A DNA stretch of 63,976 nucleotides, filler included, from an uncultured bacterium (GTDB lineage Bacteria > CAZDME01 > JAYEMH01): NCBI GenBank assembly GCA_964506785.1. It is 3 parts of 3 records of this genome, joined end to end, with 100 filler letters (N's around TTAATTAATTAA, not from the genome) between each part and the next. Parts side by side here need not be neighbours in the genome. Positions count along the whole stretch, not along the records: positions 1 to 26,295 come from CAZDME010000015.1; positions 26,396 to 51,211 come from CAZDME010000016.1; 1 more part is not named here. One strand, 5' to 3'. How positions within the stretch are numbered: position 1 is the stretch's first letter; every line of letters starts with the position of its first letter. The notes beneath the pieces were generated by a model. That model was not told the origin of the DNA, did no database searches, and worked only from the letters and a program-made list of their open reading frames with translations. Below, piece after piece: positions 17,881 to 27,946 of this stretch. The translations under genes and the position numbers were made by a program.

Positions 17881-18876
17881 TTACTCTTTTTTCTTAAGAT
17901 GCAGTTCGACCACATCCTTGTCTCTAAGCAGGTAGTCATAAGGGACCGCCTGGCCGTCAAAACGAGCCGAACCCCAGAGCCGGGCTTTCTCTAAACCACT
18001 GGTAAAATCCTTATGAATGGCTTTGGCTAAATCGGTCACATTGCTTCCCACTGGTAAAGTAAAAGGCCTGTCTAAATCCGGCGGCTTGCCGGGCGGCTTG
18101 GAATAAACGCGGATAATCTTAAGCAATAAAAAAATATCTTTTTTAAAATCCTTCAGTTTCTTATCATCAAAGGTCGAAATCGGTATAATCCGGAATTTAT
18201 TTCCAAAGAATTCTTTCAGCACCGGAAGATTATCGGCCGCCAGGGGGGCATCCATCTTATTGGCAATAAGAAATGTCTTTTTGTAAACGGTGCCGATTGG
18301 GGCTGTTTCCTTTACCTCTTCATTTATCAGCTCTACCCGGCGCTTTTTCAACTGCTCAATGACTACTTCGATTTCACTTAAAACGTCGGCATCTTCAGTA
18401 TCGACGACAAAAAGAAGGGCATCAGAGTTTCGGATGATATTAAACTGCCAACCTTCCATCCCGGCTTCAGTTATCGGCGGCAGGTCAACCAGTTGAATCT
18501 GGACATCCTCATAATCCATAATCCCGGGAAGGGGCATTGCCGTCGTAAAAGGATAAGGCCCGATTTTGGGTTTGGCTTTGGTTAAAGCCGCCAGCAGGCT
18601 TGATTTTCCCGAACTGGGCGGTCCGATTACGGCTAATTGGCCGGCTCCCTCGCGTTTAATAAGGAACGCCTCACTGGCTTTAGTGAGTTTTTTTTCTTCG
18701 GTTTTTTTTAACTTAGATATACGCTGTTTTATGCCGGCTTTGAGTTTATCCGTTCCCTTATGCTTGGGCAAAAGCGCATACATCTCTTCTAAAGCGGCCA
18801 GTTTTTCTTCCTTGGTCTTAGCTTCTCGAAAAAACTTCTCCGCTTCTAAATATTGGGGGGTTAAATTAGCCGGCAA
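17881..18876 (-). CDS. DRG-like Obg-family GTPase with TGS domain
   Basis: TTG start after GAGGTG; MPANLTPQY, PKHKGT, GPPSSGKS, YPFTT, QLVDLP, NKMD, C-terminal TGS (ARLWGS..FDGQ). Confidence 0.92.
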   Translation of the reverse strand: MPANLTPQYLEAEKFFREAKTKEEKLAALEEMYALLPKHKGTDKLKAGIKQRISKLKKTEEKKLTKASEAFLIKREGAGQLAVIGPPSSGKSSLLAALTKAKPKIGPYPFTTAMPLPGIMDYEDVQIQLVDLPPITEAGMEGWQFNIIRNSDALLFVVDTEDADVLSEIEVVIEQLKKRRVELINEEVKETAPIGTVYKKTFLIANKMDAPLAADNLPVLKEFFGNKFRIIPISTFDDKKLKDFKKDIFLLLKIIRVYSKPPGKPPDLDRPFTLPVGSNVTDLAKAIHKDFTSGLEKARLWGSARFDGQAVPYDYLLRDKDVVELHLKKKE

Positions 18877-18953
18877 TTTTCACCTCATCTAAAAATTTCA
18901 ATTTATTCTAACATACAGATTTTTTAAATTCAAGACGAATATGGTGTCCCCGT

Positions 18954-19038
18954 TTATGGCTCATAGCTCATGGTTATAAGCTGATAGCGTAAAGATTCAT
19001 TTTAAACCAAGAGCCATCAGCCAAGAGCTACGAGCTAA
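18954..19038. repeat. Inverted pair of heptamer arrays (stem-loop REP-like element)
   Basis: tatggct-catagct-catggtt-ataagct-gatagc followed by complementary ccaagag-ccatcag-ccaagag-ctacgag-ctaa. Confidence 0.65.
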
Positions 19039-19218
19039 TTAGTCGCTGGAGAAACAAACGTCTCTGAAAAAAGCAAACCCGAGCAGGCCCCGCGTTAAAG
19101 ATGAATCGGGCTGCATTATTTATGAATCAACGACTTCTTTTAAATTTGTTTTGGGTAACATTTAATGCAAGTCAATTCGAGAAGCCGATTTTAATCGACT
19201 CTAACGGAAAAACGTGCT

Positions 19219-21381
19219 ATGGTAATTTTAATGAAAATAACCGAGGTTTGCCAAAAATATAATCTCCCTTTAAAAATTGCCAGCACCCTGGAGAAATCCG
19301 GTTTAAGCGCCTTTTACCCTCCTCAGGAAAGCGCCATAAAATCCGGAATTCTCGAAGGGAAAAATTTTGTTCTTTCCATGCCGACGGCCTCGGGGAAAAC
19401 ACTTCTGGCTGAGCTCTGCCTGATTCAATCCATTATCAAAAAAGGCGGCCGGTGTCTTTATGTCGTTCCCCTGCGTGCCTTAGCTTCGGAAAAATATGAG
19501 GATTTCAAACGAAAGTATGCCCCTCTGGGTATCAGGATAGGTATTGCCACCGGCGATTACGATACCCCCAGCCCGAATTTAGCCCGATATCAAATTCTTA
19601 TTGCCACTTCGGAAAAGATTGATTCTCTCCTCCGTTTCCGCACCCCCTGGCTCAGCCAGGATTTAAGCCTGGCCGTATTTGACGAAATTCATCTTCTTGA
19701 CGACCGCGGACGGGGACCAACTTTAGAAATCCTCATTGCCCGTCTCAGACAGCTAAATTCCCGAATGCAGGTTTTAGCCCTTTCGGCAACAATTGCCAAT
19801 GCCTCTGACCTGGCCAAATGGCTCCAAGCCGACTGTTTAATCAGCCGCTGGCGGCCTGTTCCTCTAAAAGAAGGGGTCTATTTTCGTAGAAAAATAAGAT
19901 TTGTTGACGGCGAAAATAAAATAATAAAGGAAAATACCCTGGAAGAATTCCCCTCTCTGGTTTTGGATACCATAAAAGAAAACGGCCAGGTCCTGGTTTT
20001 CGTCAATACCCGCCGCTCTACTCAGGCCACGGCCGCCAGAATTGCCCAGGCCGTCTATCCGCGTCTTAGTCAAGCAGAAAAAAAAGCCCTGGCGCCTATT
20101 GCCCGGAAAATAGAGGGGAGCCGTACTGAAGCGACGAAAATCTGCCAGAAATTAGCCGCCGCGGTAAAACACGGCGTCGCTTTTCATCATGCCGGACTCC
20201 GCCGGGAACAGCGCAAGCTGGTTGAAGATGCCTACCGCAATAACCTGATTAAGGTTATCTGCACTACTCCCACTCTGGCCGCCGGAGTAAATCTTCCTGC
20301 CCGCCGGGCGATTATCCGCGATTACCGCCGCTATGAAGCCGGGTTGGGTTCCTGCCGCATTGCCGTATTTGAGTATAAGCAGATGTGCGGCCGGGCCGGA
20401 CGCCCCCAATATGACGAATATGGCGAAGCCATACTTATCGCCCGTTCCGACCAGGAATCCGAATCTTTATTTGAAGAGTTTATTCTGGCCGAACCCGAGC
20501 CGATTACCTCTAAATTAGAGAATGAATCTGCTTTAAGGACGCATCTTCTTTCTTCGATTGCCTCCGGCTATATCCGCGATGAAAGGGGAATGATGGAATT
20601 TCTCCGTCATACCTTTTTCGCCTGCCAGAAGGAAAGCCAGGATTTATACTACATTATCGATAAAATTATGGACTTCCTCCACAAAGAAAAAATGATTGAA
20701 AGGTTCAAAGGGGGCTTCCGGGCCACTCCTTTTGGGGAAGAAATTTCCCGTCTCTATATCGACCCTCTTTCCGGTGTCGTTTTAAGAGACGGCCTGATTA
20801 GCGCCTGGGGCAGGAAAACAACTATCTCCGGCCTTCTTCATCTTATCTCGCTTACCCCGGATATGGACACCCTGAGGCTCAACCGAAAAGATTTTGAATC
20901 GGTTGAGCTCTTCGCCAAATTACACGAAAATGATTTTCTTCTTCCAACCGACCACTTCGATTATGAAGACCATCTTTCTATCTGTAAAACCGCCTATCTT
21001 TTGGAAAGCTGGGCCAAGGAAGAAAAGGAAGATACACTCTGCGATAAATTCGGGATTGGTCCGGGGGATATTCACCGCCTGATGGAAACGGCTGACTGGC
21101 TGATTTATTCGGCAAAAAAACTGGCCAAATTATTTGCCGCTCAAAGTTTGCCTAACCGGATAGAAAATATTCGCAGCCGGGTGAAATACGGGATAAAAGA
21201 GGAACTTCTGGATTTAGTCAAGCTTAAAGGAATCGGCCGCATCCGGGCACGGGCACTTTACAAAAAAGGGATTAAAAATCTCTCTATGCTCAAGAAAACC
21301 CAGCTTTCAAAATTAAGACAAATCCCCTATATCGGAAAGGAATTAGTTTTAAGTATTCAGCACCAGCTGGAATCGGAATAA
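19219..21381 (+). CDS. hel308: Hel308/Hjm (Ski2-like) ATP-dependent DNA helicase
   Basis: PTASGKT, DEIH, LSAT, AFHHAGL, TPTLAAGVNLPAR, QMCGRAGRP-YD-GEA, C-terminal HhH domain with GIGRIRARALY; start may be ATG 19231. Confidence 0.93.
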   Translation: MVILMKITEVCQKYNLPLKIASTLEKSGLSAFYPPQESAIKSGILEGKNFVLSMPTASGKTLLAELCLIQSIIKKGGRCLYVVPLRALASEKYEDFKRKYAPLGIRIGIATGDYDTPSPNLARYQILIATSEKIDSLLRFRTPWLSQDLSLAVFDEIHLLDDRGRGPTLEILIARLRQLNSRMQVLALSATIANASDLAKWLQADCLISRWRPVPLKEGVYFRRKIRFVDGENKIIKENTLEEFPSLVLDTIKENGQVLVFVNTRRSTQATAARIAQAVYPRLSQAEKKALAPIARKIEGSRTEATKICQKLAAAVKHGVAFHHAGLRREQRKLVEDAYRNNLIKVICTTPTLAAGVNLPARRAIIRDYRRYEAGLGSCRIAVFEYKQMCGRAGRPQYDEYGEAILIARSDQESESLFEEFILAEPEPITSKLENESALRTHLLSSIASGYIRDERGMMEFLRHTFFACQKESQDLYYIIDKIMDFLHKEKMIERFKGGFRATPFGEEISRLYIDPLSGVVLRDGLISAWGRKTTISGLLHLISLTPDMDTLRLNRKDFESVELFAKLHENDFLLPTDHFDYEDHLSICKTAYLLESWAKEEKEDTLCDKFGIGPGDIHRLMETADWLIYSAKKLAKLFAAQSLPNRIENIRSRVKYGIKEELLDLVKLKGIGRIRARALYKKGIKNLSMLKKTQLSKLRQIPYIGKELVLSIQHQLESE

Positions 21382-21383
21382 TT

Positions 21384-21836
21384 TTACAAAAACGATAATT
21401 TAAGCTTGGGCGAACAGCGCTCCAGGCTCTGGACAAAAACATCTTTTCCGACAAGAGTCACTTTGGGCCTAAAGAGAACTATCTCTAAATTGGCCTTAAA
21501 TTTGGGAACTTTAAGCAGATATCCCCGGCCGCTCCTGGAGATAAATCTGGATTCAGGCAGGTTAAAAGCTACCTTTAGTTGCGGACGAGATTTCTCGTAG
21601 GTCTGGATAAAAACACCTTCTCCGATAAAAGTAGTTTTAGGCTGGGCCGTAATTATATCCACCTCTATAATATTATGCCGGAAGATTATAACCGTTCCGA
21701 TAATCAGAAAAACGATAAAGGCGCCCTTAAAATGCACTTTAGGCCGTCTTTCCTGACTTTCTCTTGGTGCCTTCCCGGAAATATAATTTTCTAAATTCAT
21801 ATATCTGATTTTCTTAAGGCTATATCGTTCTTGCAT
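21384..21836 (-). CDS. Hypothetical single-TM protein
   Basis: RBS AAGGTGA before ATG; one TM segment; directly downstream of the giant gene. Confidence 0.6.
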   Translation of the reverse strand: MQERYSLKKIRYMNLENYISGKAPRESQERRPKVHFKGAFIVFLIIGTVIIFRHNIIEVDIITAQPKTTFIGEGVFIQTYEKSRPQLKVAFNLPESRFISRSGRGYLLKVPKFKANLEIVLFRPKVTLVGKDVFVQSLERCSPKLKLSFL

Positions 21837-21847
21837 TGTCTTTCACC

Positions 21848-24800
21848 TTAGTTCCTGCTTCCTATATAGTTATTTGCAGTTTCTGCGGTTTTTGCCTGTA
21901 TAACCTTTCTTTCAATTACCGAAACGCCTTCACTGCCATTGTTTTGTTCTCTCTTTTCTATCTGGTTAAATATTTTATCTTCAATTATTTCCCCGAATGC
22001 ATCATATCCATTTTTTTTAATAAAATCTTCAAGCGGTTCCTCTAAAAGCGGCCTGTTGAATTCGTCTAAAAGCCGGCCAAATGAAAACATCCATAACTTA
22101 GCTTTTCTTTCTTTATGACTCATCTTCCACAATTCTTTTACCGGTAAAAGCACTATGCCTACTTGATGATATTCATTGGGCCGTTCCAATCCGCTGATTA
22201 TCCCTTCTGAGTTGTTCCCTTTAATAGCCTCAGCCAATTTTTTAAATAGCTCGGGGTCCTTGGGTGCAAATTGTTCACCGGTAATTGTTAAAATAAACCA
22301 GTAGCCGGCTATTTTACAAAGGGTAAACTCGTCAAAATTAGGCACGCACAATTCATCTTCGTATTTCCTTACATCTCGTTCAATTGCTGCGCTTATTGCC
22401 AGAAAACCTTTTTCCTTCATTAGCTCAGTTACCGGCGGCGCCCATTTGCAGCATGAACCGATTCTTCCCTCTTTTAAATATACCTCTTTAAATTCCTTTA
22501 ACTCTTTATTTAAAACATCCAAAAATCTATCTATCTCCTTCTCCTCTCCCGAATGAACCCGCTTATCTTCCTGTAAGTTTGCAACAAGCTTCCGAAAAGT
22601 CTCCGAGGTTACATTTACAAATCCTGTCTGATAAATAGAGGAATCTTCTTCTTTAACCAAGCTGGAATGGGTAAAATGGCTCTTCAAAAATTTAGCTAAG
22701 TTGTAAGTACCCCCCCAAATCTCTTTAATATATTTAAAATACTCTATCGGCGGAGAAAAAACCGCCATGCTGAAAGTGATATCTCTCCTTCTATCGCCGA
22801 ATTCATCCGCTCTAAGAATAGCCTTTCCTCTCACCACTCCTGAGCCGGGAATATTGGCCTCCACCAGAGGCATTTCTTTCAATGATTTATCTTCTGCCGG
22901 GTTATAAGGGTTACGAGAAACGTTTGTAGTCCCATCTACATTCCTTCCTAAAATTTTCTGAATTCCAAAATGCAGGTGAGGAGAGACATCACTCATTCTC
23001 CCTGAAATCTGCCCGATAACCTGCCCGGCAATGACCTCATCACCTTCTTTAAAATTTCCAATCTTTATATGCCCGTACGTTACCAGGATTTCACCTTTAT
23101 GGTCTATCATTAAAATTTCATTCTCTTTATCTATTAATATAATTCTCCCTTCAGTTACCGCCACGACATCGGTTCTTGCCGGTATAGGCTTAGCCGAATA
23201 TTCACCTGAAGCTGTTTCACTGGTTAAATAATAGGCCCAATCTAATCCGGAATGCGGCCCCTTATTCCTTTCGGCAAAACCGGAGCGATAATCCCATGTT
23301 TTGGTATGGCCATAAAGACTGCCGGAAGGAAAAAACCATCCTTTAAAATCGGAAGGCATATTTTTTTCGTCAACCGGATAATACTCGAATATATCTAGAA
23401 AGTCCTCATCGCCTAAAGAATTATACCCGGATAAAACAGTAAAATTAAGAACAGTAAAATATTCACCTTCAAATCTTTCCCTTTCTTCCTTTTTCAATAA
23501 TTTATCGTCTAAAAGAGTGCCCAACCCTTTATCTACCTGAAGCCATCCGCCGTTACCTAATATGGCTGTTAATTCAGGCAATATTGCCAAGGCCTCATCA
23601 GCTCCACCTACATTACACATTGCCCCATCACCCTTATCTAAATGTCTTCCAAAAAGTTTCAGAAACTCAGTTACCGCCTCTTTATTGGTATTATCCAGAG
23701 GTAAAACCGAATACTCCAAATCGGACAACTGATTATATTTTTGTTTCATCTCCTTTAATGTCTTCCGCGCTATTCCTAATTTATGTTCATCTTTGTTGGT
23801 AACAACTATATAAACTTTGAAATCTACATATCCCCTGATATATTCAGCAATTTTATCTAATAGAAAGGCAATATCGAGCTTTTGTCCGGCGTTAATATAA
23901 TATACGAGCCTTCTATCCTGATTTTTCTCCTTTGTTCTAAACTGTCTATCTAATATCTTATCAAAAATTTCAAGACCTTTTCGGTCACGATATTTAAAAG
24001 TATCCACAATATTTTCCCAGCCTTGTGGAGAAGCCGGCGGCGCCTTTTTAAGCCATTCCCGCTCAAACGCTTCCAGAGGGTTCTTCGATTTCCCAAAAAG
24101 CCTCCGCCGTTTTGGCGAGGGAATAATAGATGTCTGCCTTTCTCTCCCGGGTCTTATCCTGTTAAATTCGGCGAGATTTCTGAGATAATCTCTTTCTCTA
24201 ACTTCCTTTGGCGTTCTTTCGCGGGCCCCCTCGCCATAAAGCCCCCGGTTTTTATCGCCTGACTTATCCGGGTTAAATTTGTCTTTCCCCTTTGGTCCCT
24301 CAATTATTTTTCTATCCAGGAAATCCCTATATTCCATTATTACTTCAGATGGATTTCTAAATAAATAATGGAGCCTCATTCCTTTTTCCACCAAATCCTC
24401 AATCCCCCCTGGTAAATCGTATATTCCCTTTACAATAACCTGAGGATTAACCAGTAATTCATGGGGTATACCGTAATAATGCAAAAAAGGAAATCCTGTG
24501 TATTCCAGGCAATATCTAAACAGAGGATAAACACGCAATAGATATCTATCCAGCCTGCTTTTTATAATGCCGAAAGGGGAACTTAATTTTATTATTCCAT
24601 TTTTAAACTCCATTTTCCCCATTACCAGCGCGTCATAGCTTTTATATTGTATATGCTTTTCCTGTAAGGTTAAATCCCAGACCTGCTTTTCGCCGGTAGA
24701 AAAATTAATTAGATTAACACCGTGGCTAAAAGGGGCCGGGGGGGCTTCCCTGAGACGCTCTGTGAGAATAGAAATCAGTTTGTCCCCCGGGACATTCAGG

Positions 24801-26295
24801 CTGCCCAGAATTTCCTTTATTTTATTTTCCAGCCCTTCTTCACTCCGGTGCCGGGAGATAATATCCGCCTGATATGCTTTATCTATACCGTAGTTTTCAA
24901 GTACTTTCATCATAGCCCTGACATCTTTCCCTACGCCTATGGTATCAACATTAACCCCAAAGGCCGAAGCCAGGATATCAAAAAGAATTGCGTAGCCGCC
25001 GCAAACCGCTTTTTCGTTAATTAATACGCTCGCCGGAACAGCCCAGGAAGACATCTCCTCCAATGAAATTTCTTTACTGTTGAATCTATATATCTGTTTT
25101 TCCAATTCATAGCTATATTGAACGTTGGTTAATATGAAATCGTATAAAAAGTTTACGACTTCCCTTTCAATGGCCCCCTTTCTATACACCTTTTTTTCTT
25201 TTCTTAACTCGTCTCTGACAAGCTCGGCCAAATGGGTAAACTGGCTGTTTATTATCCCCTGGCCGAGGTAATAAACACCATTCGTATAGATAAAATTCTT
25301 CCTGACTATTTGCTGCAACAGCGGAGGAAGGGTATGATAAAACATCTTTTTATTTCTACCATTAGCTGTAATCTGGTAATCCGGGTTTGAGGAGACAAGT
25401 TCTTTGTGAAGGTCCGAAGAAATAGGATAAGAATAATGCCTCTTCACAAAATTTTCCACCCATTCATTGTTTAGTTTATCGGATAAGGTAAATGCCGTCT
25501 GCCCATCCGGCATATATCCGCCCCTTCTTTTATATATACGCAGAGACTTATCAAGTATCTGGTACCAGCCCAATTGGCCATAGGCATAATATAACGGGAC
25601 AGCCGGGCTAAGATGCGGCCAGGCCAATAAGTATACCCCTGTAAACATAGTTACTATGAGTGTTTTGAAACCAGCCTGAGACCATTTAGACCTTTTATCT
25701 GTTTTTTCTCTATTGGTGCTATCCGGCATCTGATTTAAAAGACGAAAATCCCGGATAATATCTAATGCCTCTTCTTTAGAATCAGTTATCTTATAAAGCT
25801 CCGTATCTTCTTTTGAAATAGTCCCTTCGGAGACCAGCTTACTCATAAACCAATTATGCCACGGTTGCCAAAATTCTTTACCCATCAATATTATCGGTAC
25901 CGGTTTCATTTTACCGGTTTGAATTAAACATAATAATTCAAACAATTCATCTAAAGTGCCCGGGCCGCCGGGGAAAAAAACAAAACTCATACTATGCCTG
26001 GCCATGGCTATTTTTTGTTCAAACATATATTTAAACCCTAAACGGATATCTCCCGGAGGCAATGTTTTTTCTTTATCTTCGGTAAACCATAAAGCAATTG
26101 CATGCGCCTTAACCGATGTATCCTTTATAACCTTTCTATATCCATTCCAGACAGCTTTAGAAATCCCGGAAGGGCCGCTATACATTGCCGATATTCCTTC
26201 CTCAGCCAAAAGCTTGGCTAATTCAGAAGCCTTTTGGTAATCAGAACTATCCTCAGGCGTAAAATGAGAGCCTAAAATAGTTACCGCCGGACCTA
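21848..26295 (-). CDS. C-terminal part (>1480 aa) of a giant multidomain protein: LOG-family domain, TM, transglutaminase-like domain, M23 peptidase domain
   Basis: Frame stays open to the contig end (GPAVTILGSH...). LOG motif PGGPGTLDE; TGase-like AVCGGYA...SHGVN...VWD; M23 HSGLD...YGH...PHLHF. Confidence 0.85.
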
Positions 26296-26395
26296 NNNNN
26301 NNNNNNNNNNNNNNNNNNNNNNNNNNNNNNNNNNNNNNNTTAATTAATTAANNNNNNNNNNNNNNNNNNNNNNNNNNNNNNNNNNNNNNNNNNNN
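26296..26395. other. Artificial contig linker (N44-TTAATTAATTAA-N44)
   Basis: 12-mer with stop codons in all six frames, flanked by 44 N on each side. Confidence 0.98.
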
Positions 26396-26494
26396 AAAAA
26401 ATGACTATTATGGCACACAAAGACAGGCTTAATTCTAATCTTGCTATTGGGGCCAATCGGATAATATTTTTTCGAGATATTAAATCGTTTGTAG

Positions 26495-26524
26495 AAAAAA
26501 AGAAGGAACTGCCGTAGCAGTTCC
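26495..26524 (-). terminator. Rho-independent terminator
   Basis: Minus strand GGAACTGC-tacg-GCAGTTCC followed by TTCTTTTTTT. Confidence 0.75.
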
Positions 26525-26560
26525 CATTCGCCTATTATACATAGGCTTTAGTCATTTACA
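26495..26560 (-). ncRNA. Candidate ~65-nt small RNA or attenuated leader
   Basis: Lies between a consensus promoter and an intrinsic terminator; internal hairpin GCCTAT-gtata-ATAGGC; no ORF. Confidence 0.5.
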
Positions 26561-26565
26561 TAATA

Positions 26566-26594
26566 ATTATACAATATAAGTTGATGTTTGTCAA
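26566..26594 (-). promoter_or_regulatory. Perfect-consensus sigma70 promoter
   Basis: Minus strand TTGACA-aacatcaacttatattg(17)-TATAAT. Confidence 0.8.
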
Positions 26595-26681
26595 TAGACA
26601 AATTTGTGCCTGGATGGGTATGCTAATTAAACGCAGAAAAAGAGGTGGATTTTAGCGTTTTTCTAAACGGAGAAGAAGTAT

Positions 26682-27293
26682 ATGTTCAACCTCACTCCTC
26701 AAGAACGAAATGTAGCTTTATTTTTAGTCGGAACTTTAGTAATCGGTTCCGGGGTTTTGTTTTTTAAAAATAGACATTTTAAAGAGGTTAAGCCCTATCT
26801 GGTTAAAGCCCACTCTCAACCGGAGACAAAAATAAACCAGGCGGAGGAGTCTCTGGTCGTTCATCTGGCCGGTGCGGTATTTAGGCCCGGCTTGTATCGG
26901 GTCAAAAAAGGCACCCGGGTAGGGGAGGTGTTGACAGAAACAAATCTCAAGGTGGAAGCGGATATTTCCTCTATAAATCTGGCCAGGACCCTTATAGATG
27001 GAGAAAAGATATTTATTCCCGTAAAAGCGCCGGCCCAAGGAGACTCTCTAAGAATTCCCTCTCTTTCGGTAAATGCAATAGAGAAGGGAAAATCGGGAGA
27101 GTTTCTCAACATTAATCAGGCCGATGTTTTTCAGTTAGCCAGACTGCCGGCCATTGGAGAAATTCTGAGCCAAAGGATTATCGACTATCGAAAAGAAACC
27201 GGGCCTTTTAAAAGCAAAGAAGAGATTCAAAAAGTCAGAGGGATTGGTCTAAAACGCTTTGAGAAAATAAAAGATTTAATATCTGTCGATTAA
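26682..27293 (+). CDS. comEA: Competence DNA receptor ComEA
   Basis: N-terminal TM, SLBB domain (VHLAGAVFRPG, INLA..LIDGEKI), C-terminal HhH (ININQA..LPAIG..RIIDYR..GPF..VRGIG). Confidence 0.93.
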   Translation: MFNLTPQERNVALFLVGTLVIGSGVLFFKNRHFKEVKPYLVKAHSQPETKINQAEESLVVHLAGAVFRPGLYRVKKGTRVGEVLTETNLKVEADISSINLARTLIDGEKIFIPVKAPAQGDSLRIPSLSVNAIEKGKSGEFLNINQADVFQLARLPAIGEILSQRIIDYRKETGPFKSKEEIQKVRGIGLKRFEKIKDLISVD

Positions 27294-27345
27294 AAAACTT
27301 TAATTCTTTCCCTTTAATCACCCTCCCGTAAACCAAGGGGTTTTA

Positions 27346-27936
27346 ATGACTAAAGTTTTTTTATTTGTCATATTTTTGTTTATTTTAAACCCAGCTTTTG
27401 CCTATGGCCTTGATTTTGAATGGAAGAACAGTCAAACCGCGAGCTATGATATATCCGTAGATAACGAAGATTGGTATACTATAAGGCTATGGCCGGAAGC
27501 TCACTATTATCTTCCGGCTTTTAATAAAGAATTAAAACTTTGTCCTTTTATCGAAACAAGGTATCATTTTCATTCTCATAAACTTTGCCGGAGCGAATTC
27601 GGCTTTGAAGCCGGAACGGATTTGTTCAAATGGCTTTATTGGGCAGAAAGCCTCCAATATGCTATCCTTCATCCGGGAAGGGATACGATTGAATTAGAAT
27701 CTATTCTAAGGTTTCACCATCCCTTCTGGATAAAGGATAAAAAAATAGAAGCCTATATTTTCAACGAGCATACCTTTGCCTTTGTTATCGGTGAGGGTAA
27801 GAGAAACGAAATCGGCCTGGGAATTAACTGGCTGGCGGAAGATGATATTGAACTTTTATTAGGCTGGCGGCATATTGACCGGATACATAATTATGATTCT
27901 GACCAGATAGAGGCCTCTTTGTTTTTTAGCTTTTAG
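27346..27936 (+). CDS. Exported outer-membrane beta-barrel-like protein (DUF2490-like)
   Basis: Signal peptide, amphipathic aromatic strands, C-terminal Phe. Confidence 0.65.
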   Translation: MTKVFLFVIFLFILNPAFAYGLDFEWKNSQTASYDISVDNEDWYTIRLWPEAHYYLPAFNKELKLCPFIETRYHFHSHKLCRSEFGFEAGTDLFKWLYWAESLQYAILHPGRDTIELESILRFHHPFWIKDKKIEAYIFNEHTFAFVIGEGKRNEIGLGINWLAEDDIELLLGWRHIDRIHNYDSDQIEASLFFSF

Positions 27937-27946
27937 GAAAATTCGA

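Noticed and set aside
19040-19140. c-di-GMP-I riboswitch upstream of hel308 (GCAAACC seen)
   Set aside because: The following GGGACGCAAAG/P2-P3 elements are not recognisable; a covariance-model scan would be needed.
26340-26351. TTAATTAATTAA palindrome (also 51256-51267) as a biological site
   Set aside because: Embedded symmetrically in N runs; a standard six-frame-stop contig linker.
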